Positions 34,795-45,104 of a stretch of DNA of 58,553 nucleotides are shown one piece after another (within the stretch, counting starts at the first letter, position 1; each line of letters begins with the position of its first letter). Below the pieces are notes generated by a model, which worked only from the letters and a program-made list of their open reading frames with translations, made no database searches and was not told where the DNA came from. The translations under genes and the position numbers were made by a program. Where the stretch lies: the NCBI GenBank assembly GCA_040375635.1, contig JBEISB010000001.1, positions 1-58,553 of the forward strand, in the 5' to 3' direction. Source of the stretch: Chitinophagaceae bacterium. Its GTDB lineage: Bacteria; Bacteroidota; Bacteroidia; Chitinophagales; Chitinophagaceae.

Positions 34795-36633
34795 ATGAAA
34801 AAGTTATTCATCTTTTGCTTACTCCTCATCTCCTTGGGTGTACATGCCCAGGAGCAGTTACTCCAGGTAGCAAAGCAGTATTTATTGAGTGGTAATTACG
34901 AAAAAGCCGCCGCTACCTATAAGCAATTGCTCGAATATTCTCCGAATGATGCCGATATCCGTAAGGCTTATATGCAGAGTTTGATGGGCATGAAGGATTA
35001 TAAAACGGCCGAAAAAGTGCTTAAACAACTCATGAAGGCCAATCCTGATAACGCAGAAATTACCTATCAAATGGTAAAGGTGTATGCCAGTCAGGAAGAG
35101 ACGAAAAAAGCCAATAAACTCATTGATAAGATTATCGATAAAACCCACGACAACGACGAAGAGATTCGTTTTCATGCTTCTTTGTTTGAGAAGGATAATG
35201 ATTGGGTTCACACGATAGCTGTTTACGAAAAAGGGAAGGCGTATCATAAAGAATATCCTTACCTCTACGCTGAGGAGCTCGCTTTATTGTACGACAAGCA
35301 AGGCAATCGAGAGAAAGCTGTAGAGAGCTTGCTCGATTTCTATGTATCGAAATACGAAAAGGCCGAACAGATTAAAGCTACTTTTATGCGTATGATGAAG
35401 CGGCCCGATGAGTTAAAAGATTTGCAAACGCGTATTGAGAAGCGCATAGCCAAAGAGCCTGAGGTACAAGCTTATCCGGATTTGATGGCTTGGATTTATA
35501 TACAGCAAAAAGATTATGAGAAGGCCTTTCAGCTCGTAAAATCTATAGACACAAAACTGCTAGAGGGAGGTCGACGCATGTTGGGCTTTGCTCGTGTATG
35601 TATCCGCGAATCTCAGTTTACGGCAGCTTATATGGCATATGATGCTGTGATTGCATTAGGCAAAGAGCAGTCGTATTATGAGATGGCACGAAATGAAAAA
35701 TTAACGGCCATGAAGATTTCGCTGCAAAGAAATGCTGCCTATACCCTGGCAGATGTGCAGGCATTGGCTTCGGCTTATGCTGCCTTTTTAGATGAATTTC
35801 CTCAGTATAATCAACGCGAGACCTTGCGCGAATATGCCGAACTAGAAGCTCGTTACGCGCATGATATCGATAAGGCAATTCAATTATTAAACAATGTGGT
35901 GAAGTCGGGCAATGTACTGCCTGCGCTGAAAGCCCGTTGTAAACTCGAAATGGGCGACTACGAATTGTTACGCAATAATATATGGGATGCTACTTTATTA
36001 TATGCCCAGGTCGATAAGGAATTTAAGCAAGATGCTTTAGGGGAAGAAGCTCGATTTCGAAATGCGAAGTTGTCGTATTATTCGGGTGATTTTGTGTGGG
36101 CCCAAGGACAACTCGATGTGTTGAAAGCCTCTACTTCTGAGCTCATTGCTAATGACGCCTTGAATTTATCGGTGCTGATAACCGAAAATAATCCGCCTGC
36201 CGATAGCAATTCAGTTCCGCTTGAAATGTTTGCTCGTGCCGATTTGCTCGAATTTCAAAACAAAGACGAAGAGGCCTTAGCCGTTCTTGATAGCATCAGC
36301 ACTGAGTTTCCTAAGCATGCCCTTACCGATGACATTTTGATGCAGCGCGCACAAATCGCCATCAAAAAGAAAGACTATAGCGAAGCGGCTATGTTGTATC
36401 AAAAGGTAGTGAGCGAACATGCCGAAGATATATTAGCCGATGATGCTTTATATTCATTAGCCCTCATCAACGAAAAGAACTTCAACAATCTGGATGAAGC
36501 CAAACGACTCTACGAGCAGTTAATTATTAAGTATCCCGGAAGTACCTATGTTACTGAAGCGCGCAAAAGTTTTCGTCGTTTGCGTGGCGATAAAGCCGAT
36601 GTTGAAGAAGGGAATGTGGGGAATAATTTTTAG
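34795..36633 (+). CDS. Tetratricopeptide-repeat protein (secreted or periplasmic)
   Basis: Signal peptide MKKLFIFCLLLISLGVHAQ and many TPR-like helical pairs. The C-terminus has a YbgF-like end (ADDALYSLALI...YPGSTYVTEARKSF). Confidence 0.75.
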   Translation: MKKLFIFCLLLISLGVHAQEQLLQVAKQYLLSGNYEKAAATYKQLLEYSPNDADIRKAYMQSLMGMKDYKTAEKVLKQLMKANPDNAEITYQMVKVYASQEETKKANKLIDKIIDKTHDNDEEIRFHASLFEKDNDWVHTIAVYEKGKAYHKEYPYLYAEELALLYDKQGNREKAVESLLDFYVSKYEKAEQIKATFMRMMKRPDELKDLQTRIEKRIAKEPEVQAYPDLMAWIYIQQKDYEKAFQLVKSIDTKLLEGGRRMLGFARVCIRESQFTAAYMAYDAVIALGKEQSYYEMARNEKLTAMKISLQRNAAYTLADVQALASAYAAFLDEFPQYNQRETLREYAELEARYAHDIDKAIQLLNNVVKSGNVLPALKARCKLEMGDYELLRNNIWDATLLYAQVDKEFKQDALGEEARFRNAKLSYYSGDFVWAQGQLDVLKASTSELIANDALNLSVLITENNPPADSNSVPLEMFARADLLEFQNKDEEALAVLDSISTEFPKHALTDDILMQRAQIAIKKKDYSEAAMLYQKVVSEHAEDILADDALYSLALINEKNFNNLDEAKRLYEQLIIKYPGSTYVTEARKSFRRLRGDKADVEEGNVGNNF

Positions 36634-36816
36634 AAGGGTGACTAAAGAATGTTTACGCAAAGTATAGCATGTAAGTGCTTTGTGTTGCATGATTCTTTTC
36701 TTAGCGCTGTACTTTCCTCAACAGTGTGTTGCGCATGTTTACGGTAGCAATTCATTAATTGCATAGAGCCGCAGCATCCTCATAGCACAAACGCTATCTT
36801 CTGTAGTAAATTTATT

Positions 36817-38091
36817 CTACTTACCTATAGTCGAAAACCCAGCATATGGCACCAATACTTCGGGTAATTGAATGCCATGTTCTGTTTGACAGTTTTCGAG
36901 TAGGCAAGCTAATATGCGAGGTAAGGCTAATGAGGAACCATTGAGTGAATGGACCCATTGGGTTTTGCCGCTTTCGTCTTTGTAACGAATTTTAGAACGA
37001 TTGGTTTGAAAGGTTTCAAAATTAGATACAGAACTTACTTCGAGCCAGCGTTGTTGTGCGGTACTATACACTTCAAAATCGTAAGTAAGGGCCGAAGCAA
37101 AACTCATGTCGCCGCCACATAAACGTAGAATACGATACGGCAAGTTCATACTCTGAATCAGTTTTTCGACATGAGCAACCATTTCATCTAAAATAGAATA
37201 GGATGTATCGGGATGAGCAAATTGTACAATTTCTACTTTGTCGAATTGATGCAAGCGATTCAGTCCACGAACATCTTTTCCATAACTCCCGGCCTCTCTG
37301 CGGAAGCAAGGGGTGTATGCTGTAATTTTTATCGGCAAGTCGTTTTCTTTGACAATCTCGTTGCGGTAAATATTCGTAAGTGGCACTTCGGCCGTTGGGA
37401 TCAGATAAAAATTATCTTCGGTAGCATGATACATTTGTCCTTCTTTATCCGGTAGCTGACCTGTACCATACGCCGAGTCTTCGTTTACCATATGTGGAAC
37501 CTGATGTTCGATATATCCTGCGGCCGTATTGAAGTCGAGAAAATAATTGATGAGGGCGCGTTGTAAGCGAGCGCCTTGATTGATATACACCGGAAATCCT
37601 GCCCCGGTAATTTTATTGCCTAATTCGAAATCGATAAGATTATATTTTTTAGCGAGATCCCAATGCGGCATGGCATCTGCTGGCAATACCGGAATTTCAT
37701 TACCCATACGAACAACTTCATTGTCTTCGGCATGTCTGCCAAGCGGTACTGACATATGTGGTAAATTGGGTAAAGTTACCAGTTGTTCTTGCTGTTGTTT
37801 TTCGAGTTGGGATAAGGTTTCGCTCAGCGTTTTAGCGGCTTCTTTATGCGAGGCAACCTCTGCTTTGCGCGCTTCGGCTTCGTCTTTTTTCCCACTACCC
37901 ATGAGCATACCGATTTCTTTGGAGGCTGTATTGATGCGAGATAATAAGGCATCGTGCTCGGCTTGTACTTTTCTTCTTTCTTCGTCGATAGCTAAAATCT
38001 GATCGACAATCGATAAGTTGGCTACATGTTTTACCTGTAGGCGTTCGAGTACATAATCTTTTTGCGTGCGCAGGGTCTGGAGCTGTAGCAT
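36817..38091 (-). CDS. serS: Seryl-tRNA synthetase
   Basis: N-terminal coiled-coil arm and class II core motifs (YTPCFRREAGSYGKDVRGLNRLHQFDKVE; GSSLALPR). 424 aa. Confidence 0.95.
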   Translation of the reverse strand: MLQLQTLRTQKDYVLERLQVKHVANLSIVDQILAIDEERRKVQAEHDALLSRINTASKEIGMLMGSGKKDEAEARKAEVASHKEAAKTLSETLSQLEKQQQEQLVTLPNLPHMSVPLGRHAEDNEVVRMGNEIPVLPADAMPHWDLAKKYNLIDFELGNKITGAGFPVYINQGARLQRALINYFLDFNTAAGYIEHQVPHMVNEDSAYGTGQLPDKEGQMYHATEDNFYLIPTAEVPLTNIYRNEIVKENDLPIKITAYTPCFRREAGSYGKDVRGLNRLHQFDKVEIVQFAHPDTSYSILDEMVAHVEKLIQSMNLPYRILRLCGGDMSFASALTYDFEVYSTAQQRWLEVSSVSNFETFQTNRSKIRYKDESGKTQWVHSLNGSSLALPRILACLLENCQTEHGIQLPEVLVPYAGFSTIGK

Positions 38092-38112
38092 AGCGTGTTG
38101 AATTTACGATGG

Positions 38113-38120
38113 CAAAAGTA
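38113..38120 (-). promoter_or_regulatory. -7 promoter box (TAnnTTTG) for serS
   Basis: The minus strand reads TACTTTTG, with 21 nt between the box and the serS ATG. Confidence 0.45.
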
Positions 38121-38219
38121 AGCAATGACTCCTATTGTTGTTGGTAGATCGTTTTATTTTTGACAGAACAGACAATCCGTAAAAAAATCACTATTTTGCA
38201 CCTTCAATCTTATCATCAG

Positions 38220-38921
38220 ATGAAGCATATATTCTTGTTTTTCGCCCTAATCATGTTTATTGAAAGCGGTCTTATGGCCCAAAGCACATCTGGCGAAGCC
38301 AAGAAGAAGAAGGTAACGCTTAGCAGTGGCGTTGAATCGAACTTATTGCAATTTGCACAAATGAAATTGGGTTCCTATACTTTTCAAACTGTACCTCGTT
38401 ATACTTACTTTTTTAATACAGCTACCGATATCAACTTTGAGGTTAGCAAACATGTAAAACCATTTACCGGTATTACCTTAAGAAATATTGGATTTATTGT
38501 GAAGGGCGTTGATACGACAGCAAGGGTAAAAAATCGAGTGTATACTTTAGGAGCTCCTCTGGGTTTGAAATTCTATCTGTCGAAGAAAAATAAATGTATC
38601 TTGAAAGTGGGGGCTGATCTTTCCTTGGCTATTGACTATAAATGGAAGTCGTTTGATAGTCAAAGTAAAAGAGCGACCAAGAAAAAAGATCATGAATTTT
38701 TCAGCAAAGACGTCTCGAGTTTATTTTATTCAGTCTTTGCCGGCATTAGTTATAAAGGCTTTAGCGTAAGCGGTAATTATTACCTCAATAATTTCTATTC
38801 ATCAAAAAGTTTAGGAGAAGTGCAATTGTTTACCCTAGGATTAGGGATTAATTTCGAAAACAGTGCGATGAAAAAGAAGAAAGAGAAAAACAAAACAACG
38901 AGTACTTCAAACACCTTATAG
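38220..38921 (+). CDS. Hypothetical outer-membrane beta-barrel-like protein with a Lys-rich tail
   Basis: Signal peptide MKHIFLFFALIMFIESGLMAQ, an alternating-strand pattern and a tail KKKKEKNKTTSTSNTL. No family recognised. Confidence 0.5.
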   Translation: MKHIFLFFALIMFIESGLMAQSTSGEAKKKKVTLSSGVESNLLQFAQMKLGSYTFQTVPRYTYFFNTATDINFEVSKHVKPFTGITLRNIGFIVKGVDTTARVKNRVYTLGAPLGLKFYLSKKNKCILKVGADLSLAIDYKWKSFDSQSKRATKKKDHEFFSKDVSSLFYSVFAGISYKGFSVSGNYYLNNFYSSKSLGEVQLFTLGLGINFENSAMKKKKEKNKTTSTSNTL

Positions 38922-38922
38922 T

Positions 38923-39708
38923 ATGGAAATGTCGCTGCACGGAAAGCATGCCCTTGTTTGTGGAAGTACCCAAGGCATTGGTTTAGCCATTGCCAAAGAG
39001 TTAGCCTTGTTGGGGGCGACTTGCACCCTGATGGCCCGTAATGCCGATAGCTTACAACAAGCGCTCAGCACCTTAGATACAACACAGGGGCAACAACATA
39101 GTAGCTTACAGGCCGACTTTTCGGATACAGCCTCTGTAAAGGAAAAAATAGAAAGCTGGACAACATCAAATATGGCCCATATCTTGATAAACAATACGGG
39201 TGGCCCACCTGCCGGAAAAATTACAGATGCAGGCGGTAGTGATTTTTTGTCGGCACTGCAGTTGCACTTAATTAATAATCATCATTTATCGATGGCGGTA
39301 TTGGGTGGCATGACAGCCGCTGGGTATGGTCGGATTATCAATATCATTTCTACTTCGGTAAAAATTCCTTTGCCCAATTTAGGCGTAAGCAATACCACAA
39401 GAGCTGCGGTTGCGGCTTGGGCCAAAACCTTGTCGAACGAAGTAGCTGCGCGAGGCATAACCGTCAACAATGTCTTGCCCGGCGCTACCTCTACGGTTCG
39501 ATTATCATCGATTATCGAAAATAAATCGAATAAGCTTGGCATAGAAAAAGATCAGGTTAGCGAAGAAATGCTTCACGAAATTCCGATGGGTCGTTTTGGG
39601 AAACCCGAAGAGATAGCTGCTATGGCTGCCTTTTTAGCTACACCTGCTGCGGCCTATATTACCGGTCAGAGTATTTGTGTAGATGGAGGCAGAACTGGCT
39701 CGATATAA
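38923..39708 (+). CDS. Short-chain dehydrogenase/reductase (FabG-like SDR)
   Basis: The cofactor motif is VCGSTQGIGLAIA (TGxxxGIG-type) and NNTGG is present. The C-terminus GQSICVDGG is typical of classical SDRs. Confidence 0.85.
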   Translation: MEMSLHGKHALVCGSTQGIGLAIAKELALLGATCTLMARNADSLQQALSTLDTTQGQQHSSLQADFSDTASVKEKIESWTTSNMAHILINNTGGPPAGKITDAGGSDFLSALQLHLINNHHLSMAVLGGMTAAGYGRIINIISTSVKIPLPNLGVSNTTRAAVAAWAKTLSNEVAARGITVNNVLPGATSTVRLSSIIENKSNKLGIEKDQVSEEMLHEIPMGRFGKPEEIAAMAAFLATPAAAYITGQSICVDGGRTGSI

Positions 39709-39934
39709 GAAGTCGACCCATATCATTTCCCTAAATCGTGCGCGAGGGATTGTCGTGGAAAGCCCGGAAGCCAGCCCGTTGTGGCTGTTTGAACGGGGTG
39801 GCTGAGGACTTGCAACAAAAAGCCCGCTCTCCCTGGCTGATTCTTGATGTTATGATAAGCAAGAACGAAATGACAGGGAGACGCGCCCCGGAAGTTCGCG
39901 AAACCATGTACTTTTACCGCTCATTTTATTGATC

Positions 39935-41392
39935 ATGAACCTGAGTAATTATCAGCATATCCAAAATTATATCGACGGAGAGCTTTGCGAACCGATTGCG
40001 AGACAATATCTCGATAATATCAATCCTGCCACCGGCGAAAAGTATGGACAAATTCCGAATAGCGATAATGAGGATGTAGAACGCGCAGTGCAGGCGGCAC
40101 AGAAAGCTTTTGCGACCTGGAGTACAACGCCCATAGAAGAGCGATTTATGCTGTTAAACCGCATAGCCGAATTGATTGATGAGCATTTGGAAGAATTGGC
40201 GCATGCCGAAACAACAGATAATGGTAAGCCTTTGTGGTTAAGTAAGCGGGTTGATATTCCGCGGGCCTCGTCGAACTTTCGATTTTTTGCTACAGGCATC
40301 ATGCACTTCGCGAGTGAGAGTCACCAGATGGAAGACAAGGCCATCAACTATACCCTGCGTCAGCCTATTGGGGTTGTGGGTTGTATTTCGCCTTGGAATT
40401 TGCCCTTGTATTTATTTACGTGGAAGATAGCTCCGGCGCTGGCTGCAGGCAATTGTGTTGTCGCCAAGCCTAGTGAGGTTACGCCCTTGAGTGCTTTTTT
40501 ATTGAGTAAAATTTGTATCGAAGCCGGACTTCCCGCCGGTGTATTGAACATACTTCATGGGGATGGTCCAAGTTGTGGCAGTAAGATGGTGGCGCATCCG
40601 GATATTAAAGCGATTTCGTTTACAGGCAGTACGCGGGCCGGTGAGCATATCGCCTCGGTGGCAGCGCCGATGTTTAAAAAACTCTCGTTGGAGTTGGGCG
40701 GAAAAAATGCCAATATTATTTATGCCGATTGCGATTGGCATCGGATGATGAAGACAACGATACAAAGTTCGTTTGCGAATCAAGGACAAATTTGTTTGTG
40801 TGGTAGCAGGATATTGATTGAGAAAAGCATTTACGAAAAGTTTAAAACAGATTTTTTAGCGCAGGTGGCTAAGTTACAGGTTGGTGATCCTATGGACGAA
40901 CATTCGAAGCAGGGGGCCGTGGTTAGTCAGGTTCATTTTGAGAAAGTGATGGCTTGTATAGAACAGGCCAAAGCCGAAGGAGGAACGATATTAGCCGGTG
41001 GTTATGCGGTGCATCCTGAAGGGCGTTGTGCGAATGGATATTTTATTGCTCCAACCGTTATAGAAGGCTTAGGTCCGGATTGTAAAACCAACCGCGAAGA
41101 AATATTTGGTCCGGTAGTTACCTTACAAAGTTTCGAAACAGAAGAAGAGGCGCTGGCCTTGGCCAACCATAGTGCTTACGGATTGGCTACCAGTATTTGG
41201 ACGCAAGATATCAGTAAAGCCAACCGCACAGGCATGAAGATTCATACGGGTATTGTTTGGATCAACTGCTGGCTACGCCGTGATTTACGAACTCCTTTTG
41301 GCGGTGTACGCAATAGTGGTGTGGGACGCGAAGGCGGATGGGAAGCCTTGCGATTTTTTACCGAAGCTAAAAATATTTGTGTGGAGTTGTAA
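39935..41392 (+). CDS. NAD(P)-dependent aldehyde dehydrogenase (ALDH8 / hydroxymuconic-semialdehyde-dehydrogenase-like)
   Basis: ALDH family motifs: SPWNLPL, the catalytic Glu region KKLSLELGGKNANII, the catalytic Cys region FANQGQICLCGSR and EEIFGPV. I place the start at the ATG at 39935; the ORF-track start at 39929 is a TTG. Confidence 0.9.
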   Translation: MNLSNYQHIQNYIDGELCEPIARQYLDNINPATGEKYGQIPNSDNEDVERAVQAAQKAFATWSTTPIEERFMLLNRIAELIDEHLEELAHAETTDNGKPLWLSKRVDIPRASSNFRFFATGIMHFASESHQMEDKAINYTLRQPIGVVGCISPWNLPLYLFTWKIAPALAAGNCVVAKPSEVTPLSAFLLSKICIEAGLPAGVLNILHGDGPSCGSKMVAHPDIKAISFTGSTRAGEHIASVAAPMFKKLSLELGGKNANIIYADCDWHRMMKTTIQSSFANQGQICLCGSRILIEKSIYEKFKTDFLAQVAKLQVGDPMDEHSKQGAVVSQVHFEKVMACIEQAKAEGGTILAGGYAVHPEGRCANGYFIAPTVIEGLGPDCKTNREEIFGPVVTLQSFETEEEALALANHSAYGLATSIWTQDISKANRTGMKIHTGIVWINCWLRRDLRTPFGGVRNSGVGREGGWEALRFFTEAKNICVEL

Positions 41393-41516
41393 GGGGGAGA
41401 GGGGTGAAAGATCAGTGATGATGATCGTATTTATCTGGTGGCATGAAATAGACATGGATATTAGCTCCTGCACGCAGCGTTATCATACCTTTCGAACTAA
41501 TTTTTGTCATAACAAT

Positions 41517-44141
41517 CTATTCCATTACCGGTCGTAACCACTTCATCGCTTCATCTGTGCTCATGCCTTTTCGTTGGGCATAATCTTCAAACTGATCTTG
41601 CTCAATTTTTCCGACGCCAAAATATTTACTCTGCGGATGAGCGAAGTACCAACCGCAAACCGAAGAGGTTGGATACATGGCCAGACTTTCAGTGAGGGTG
41701 ATACCAATGTGTTGCTTCACCTGAAGAAGCTCGAATAATTTTATTTTTTCGGTATGATCGGGACATGCCGGATAGCCGGGAGCAGGACGAATGCCTAGGT
41801 ATTTCTCTTGAATTAATTCATCCTGATTGAGCGATTCGTTTTGTGCATACCCCCAGTATTGTGTACGTACTTCTTTGTGTAAGACTTCGGCCAGGGCTTC
41901 GGCGAGACGGTCGGCTAACGACTGTAGCATGATTTTATTATAATCATCGTGGGCAGCTTCAAATCGAGCCAAATGCGGTTCGATACCCTCGATGGTTACG
42001 GCAAAGGCACCGAGGTAATCGGTTTGATCGGCAGCAATAAAATCGGCCAGACAAAGATTGGGTTGTCCCGCGGCTTTTTGAATTTGTTGACGTAGAAAAT
42101 GCAAGCGCGTGTCTGCATTCAACACCACATCATCCCCTTCACGTTTGGCTTCCCAGATTCCGAAAACGGCATGGGCTTGTAACCACTCTTCATCAATCAC
42201 TTGTTGCAAGAGCGCTTGGGCGTCGCTATACAATTTAGTGGCAGCATCGCCAACCACAGCATCGCTGAGTATGCCTGGAAATTTGCCATGCATTTCCCAA
42301 GTGATAAAGAAGGGCGTCCAATCGATATACTTCGCGATTTCGGTCAACGAATAATTGCGTAAGGTTTTTGTTCCTGTAAATTGAGGAGCTACGATGGGGT
42401 AAGTGGTAAAATCGGTAGCAAAGGCATGTTCTCTTGCTGTGACAATGGGTAGGTAAGTCTTGGCTGTTTTTCGGTTCAGAAAATCTTCGCGCAACTGCGC
42501 ATACTCTGTTTTGGTTTTTTCGAGCAGAGCCACCTTATGTTCGTTGAGTAAATCGCTCACTACGGTAACGCTACGTGAGGCATCAAGTACATGAATAACC
42601 CCCTTATCATAATGTTCGGCAATTTTAACAGCGGTATGCATACGTGAGGTTGTGGCTCCTCCAATTAATAATGGGATTTGCAGATGGCGACGTTTCATCT
42701 CATGAGCGATGTGCACCATTTCATCGAGAGAAGGGGTGATGAGTCCGCTTAGACCAATTACATCTACATTATGTTTTATCGCCTCATCTAATATTTTATC
42801 GGCAGGCACCATCACCCCCAGATCAATAATTTTATAACCATTACAAGCTAGTACAACGCCTACAATATTCTTTCCAATATCATGCACATCGCCTTTTACA
42901 GTAGCTAGTAATACCTTTCCATTTTCACTCACTTCACCCGCAGCCGCTGTTTCCATATAAGGTTCGAGAACGGCGACACTTTTTTTCATTACACGGGCGC
43001 TCTTCACCACCTGAGGTAAAAACATTTTACCGCTACCAAAGAGATCACCAACTACGTTCATGCCTTTCATCAAAGGACCTTCAATCACATCGAGGGGTTT
43101 GGGGTAAAAGAGACGAGCTTCTTCGGTATCTTCATCAATAAACTCGGTAATTCCGTGTACAAGTGCATGAACCAATCGCTCTTCGACATTACCTTCTCGC
43201 CAAGCATTGTTGGGGCCGGCTGCTGTGGTTCCTTTTTTCGATTTCAGGGTTTCGGCAAAAGTGATGAGTTGGTCGGTGGCATCGGGACTCCGGTTAAAGA
43301 GTACGTCTTCGATTCGTGTTTTTAATTCAGGGTCAATATCATCATACAGGGGCAGTGCTCCTGCATTGATAATACCCATACCCATTCCGGCCTTGATGGC
43401 ATGGTACAAGAAAATACTATGCATGGCTTCGCGAACGTAGTTATTTCCACGGAACGAAAAGGAAAGATTACTCACGCCTCCACTGATGGTAGCTTGTGGA
43501 AACTGTTGTTTGAGTTGTTTGGTGGCCTCAATAAAGTCGATGGCATAGTTTAGGTGCTCTTCGAGTCCGGTGGCCACCGCAAAAATATTAGGATCAAAAA
43601 TGATATCGCTAGGCGTAAAATGCAGTTGTTGGGTAAGGATATGATAGGCTCGGGTACAAACGTCTAGTCTGCGTTGCAGGGTATCGGCTTGTCCGGCCTC
43701 ATCGAAAGCCATTACCACCACGGCAGCTCCAAACATTTGACAAATTTTCGCCTGACGGATAAACGACTCTTCGCCTTCTTTTAAGGAAATAGAGTTAACA
43801 ATGCATTTGCCCTGTACACATTTGAGTCCGGCCTCTATGATACTAAACTTACTGCTGTCGATCATAATCGGCACTTTAGCAATCGAGGGTTCGGCTTGCA
43901 GTAAATTTAGAAAGGTGCTCATGGCTTTTTCGCCATCCAAGAGGGCATCATCCATATTGATATCGATAATCTGCGCGCCATTATCAACTTGTTGTAAGGC
44001 TACGCTCAGGGCTTCTTCGTAGCGTTCGGTACGAATGAGCTCGGCAAATTTTTTAGAGCCCGTAACATTGGTCCTTTCTCCTACATTAATAAAATTGCTC
44101 CCTTCAAATACAGGTAATGGCTCCAGTCCGGCAATATGCAT
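41517..44141 (-). CDS. metH: Cobalamin-dependent methionine synthase core (pterin-binding + B12-binding + AdoMet-activation domains; lacks the homocysteine-binding domain)
   Basis: It starts [32 protein letters not shown]..., which is where the pterin-binding module begins in full-length MetH. The B12 motif [11 protein letters not shown] and the activation-domain motif [15 protein letters not shown] are present. An in-frame stop lies just upstream. The first ATG is at 44141; the ORF-track start at 44168 is a TTG that overlaps the predicted -7 box. Confidence 0.9.
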   Translation of the reverse strand: MHIAGLEPLPVFEGSNFINVGERTNVTGSKKFAELIRTERYEEALSVALQQVDNGAQIIDINMDDALLDGEKAMSTFLNLLQAEPSIAKVPIMIDSSKFSIIEAGLKCVQGKCIVNSISLKEGEESFIRQAKICQMFGAAVVVMAFDEAGQADTLQRRLDVCTRAYHILTQQLHFTPSDIIFDPNIFAVATGLEEHLNYAIDFIEATKQLKQQFPQATISGGVSNLSFSFRGNNYVREAMHSIFLYHAIKAGMGMGIINAGALPLYDDIDPELKTRIEDVLFNRSPDATDQLITFAETLKSKKGTTAAGPNNAWREGNVEERLVHALVHGITEFIDEDTEEARLFYPKPLDVIEGPLMKGMNVVGDLFGSGKMFLPQVVKSARVMKKSVAVLEPYMETAAAGEVSENGKVLLATVKGDVHDIGKNIVGVVLACNGYKIIDLGVMVPADKILDEAIKHNVDVIGLSGLITPSLDEMVHIAHEMKRRHLQIPLLIGGATTSRMHTAVKIAEHYDKGVIHVLDASRSVTVVSDLLNEHKVALLEKTKTEYAQLREDFLNRKTAKTYLPIVTAREHAFATDFTTYPIVAPQFTGTKTLRNYSLTEIAKYIDWTPFFITWEMHGKFPGILSDAVVGDAATKLYSDAQALLQQVIDEEWLQAHAVFGIWEAKREGDDVVLNADTRLHFLRQQIQKAAGQPNLCLADFIAADQTDYLGAFAVTIEGIEPHLARFEAAHDDYNKIMLQSLADRLAEALAEVLHKEVRTQYWGYAQNESLNQDELIQEKYLGIRPAPGYPACPDHTEKIKLFELLQVKQHIGITLTESLAMYPTSSVCGWYFAHPQSKYFGVGKIEQDQFEDYAQRKGMSTDEAMKWLRPVME

Positions 44142-44165
44142 AAAATTCAAAAATGATGATGATGG

Positions 44166-44173
44166 CAAATATA
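44166..44173 (-). promoter_or_regulatory. -7 promoter box (TAnnTTTG) for the metH core gene
   Basis: The minus strand reads TATATTTG, with 24 nt between the box and the ATG at 44141. I found no clear -33 TTTG. Confidence 0.35.
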
Positions 44174-44231
44174 GGATGTGGTATGTTGAATTCTCGTTCT
44201 TTCGAGATTCTACATTTCAGTACAGAACGAT

Positions 44232-44239
44232 TACCTTTG
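44232..44239 (+). promoter_or_regulatory. -7 promoter box (TAnnTTTG) for lpxH
   Basis: Exact match TACCTTTG ending 4 nt before the lpxH ATG at 44244. Confidence 0.4.
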
Positions 44240-44243
44240 TCAG

Positions 44244-45005
44244 ATGCCATCACCTGAAGTCTTAGCGCCGGGTAAGAAAATTTATTTTGCCTCCGATTTT
44301 CATTTCGGGATTCCCGATTATGAAGCTACGCGAGCGCGAGAACGTAAGGTATGTGCCTGGTTGGATTTGATTTCGGCTGATGCGCAGCAAATTTATCTCT
44401 TGGGTGATTTGTTTGATTCTTGGATGGAGTACAAAAGAGTAGTACCTAAGGGGTCGATACGGTTTTTAGCTAAGTTGGCCGAATTGGTTGAGCGGGGAAT
44501 AGACATCATCATCTTTACCGGGAATCATGATTTATGGGTGTATGATTATTTTCAGAAAGAAATCGGTGCCCGGGTGTATACTAATCCTCAAGATTTTAGT
44601 CTTGGCGGAAAGGTTTTTCATTTGGGGCATGGCGATGGGGTGGTGAAAGAAGAATGGCGGTACAAAGCGATGAAGGATTTGTTTCGACATCCGGTAAGTC
44701 GTTGGATATACCGTCAAATCCATCCGGATCTTGGGTTACGAATGGCCGATTTTTTTAGTCGACTGGGCCCTAAGCACAAATATGTCGATTTACAAATGAA
44801 AGAGGCCGACAAAGAATATCAGGTCTTGTATGCCCATCGGGTATTGCAAAAACGGCAGGTAGATTATTTCATCTTTGGACACCGACATATTCCTTGTCAA
44901 TTGAAACTCAACGAAGTAGCCACATTTATCAATCTGGGCGATTGGATTAGTTATGATACCTATGCCGTTTTTGACGGACGGGATTCCCACTTAATGAAAT
45001 ATTGA
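44244..45005 (+). CDS. lpxH: UDP-2,3-diacylglucosamine diphosphatase
   Basis: Calcineurin-like metallophosphoesterase motifs in LpxH order: YFASDFHFG, LLGDLFDSW, FTGNHDLW, HLGHGDG and FGHRH. 253 aa. Confidence 0.88.
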   Translation: MPSPEVLAPGKKIYFASDFHFGIPDYEATRARERKVCAWLDLISADAQQIYLLGDLFDSWMEYKRVVPKGSIRFLAKLAELVERGIDIIIFTGNHDLWVYDYFQKEIGARVYTNPQDFSLGGKVFHLGHGDGVVKEEWRYKAMKDLFRHPVSRWIYRQIHPDLGLRMADFFSRLGPKHKYVDLQMKEADKEYQVLYAHRVLQKRQVDYFIFGHRHIPCQLKLNEVATFINLGDWISYDTYAVFDGRDSHLMKY

Positions 45006-45104
45006 AATAAGATGACAAAAAAAGTTTGTCACCACGCCCTTTTCACATTACTTTAGCTTTCCGATTATTGGTGAAAGCCCTGTTTTGACGATAACATTAT
45101 TATT

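Noticed and set aside
34399-34829. 69-aa and 74-aa minus-strand ORFs and a 79-aa plus-strand ORF in the recQ/TPR divergent region
   Set aside because: They overlap the true recQ N-terminus or the TPR gene start region, are basic and low-complexity, and have no supporting signals.
39738-39932. 64-aa GTG-start ORF in the GC-rich spacer
   Set aside because: Its Arg/Gly/Cys/Trp-rich composition shows no protein-like periodicity or motifs, and the start is non-ATG. It is reported as a possible RNA or regulatory element instead.
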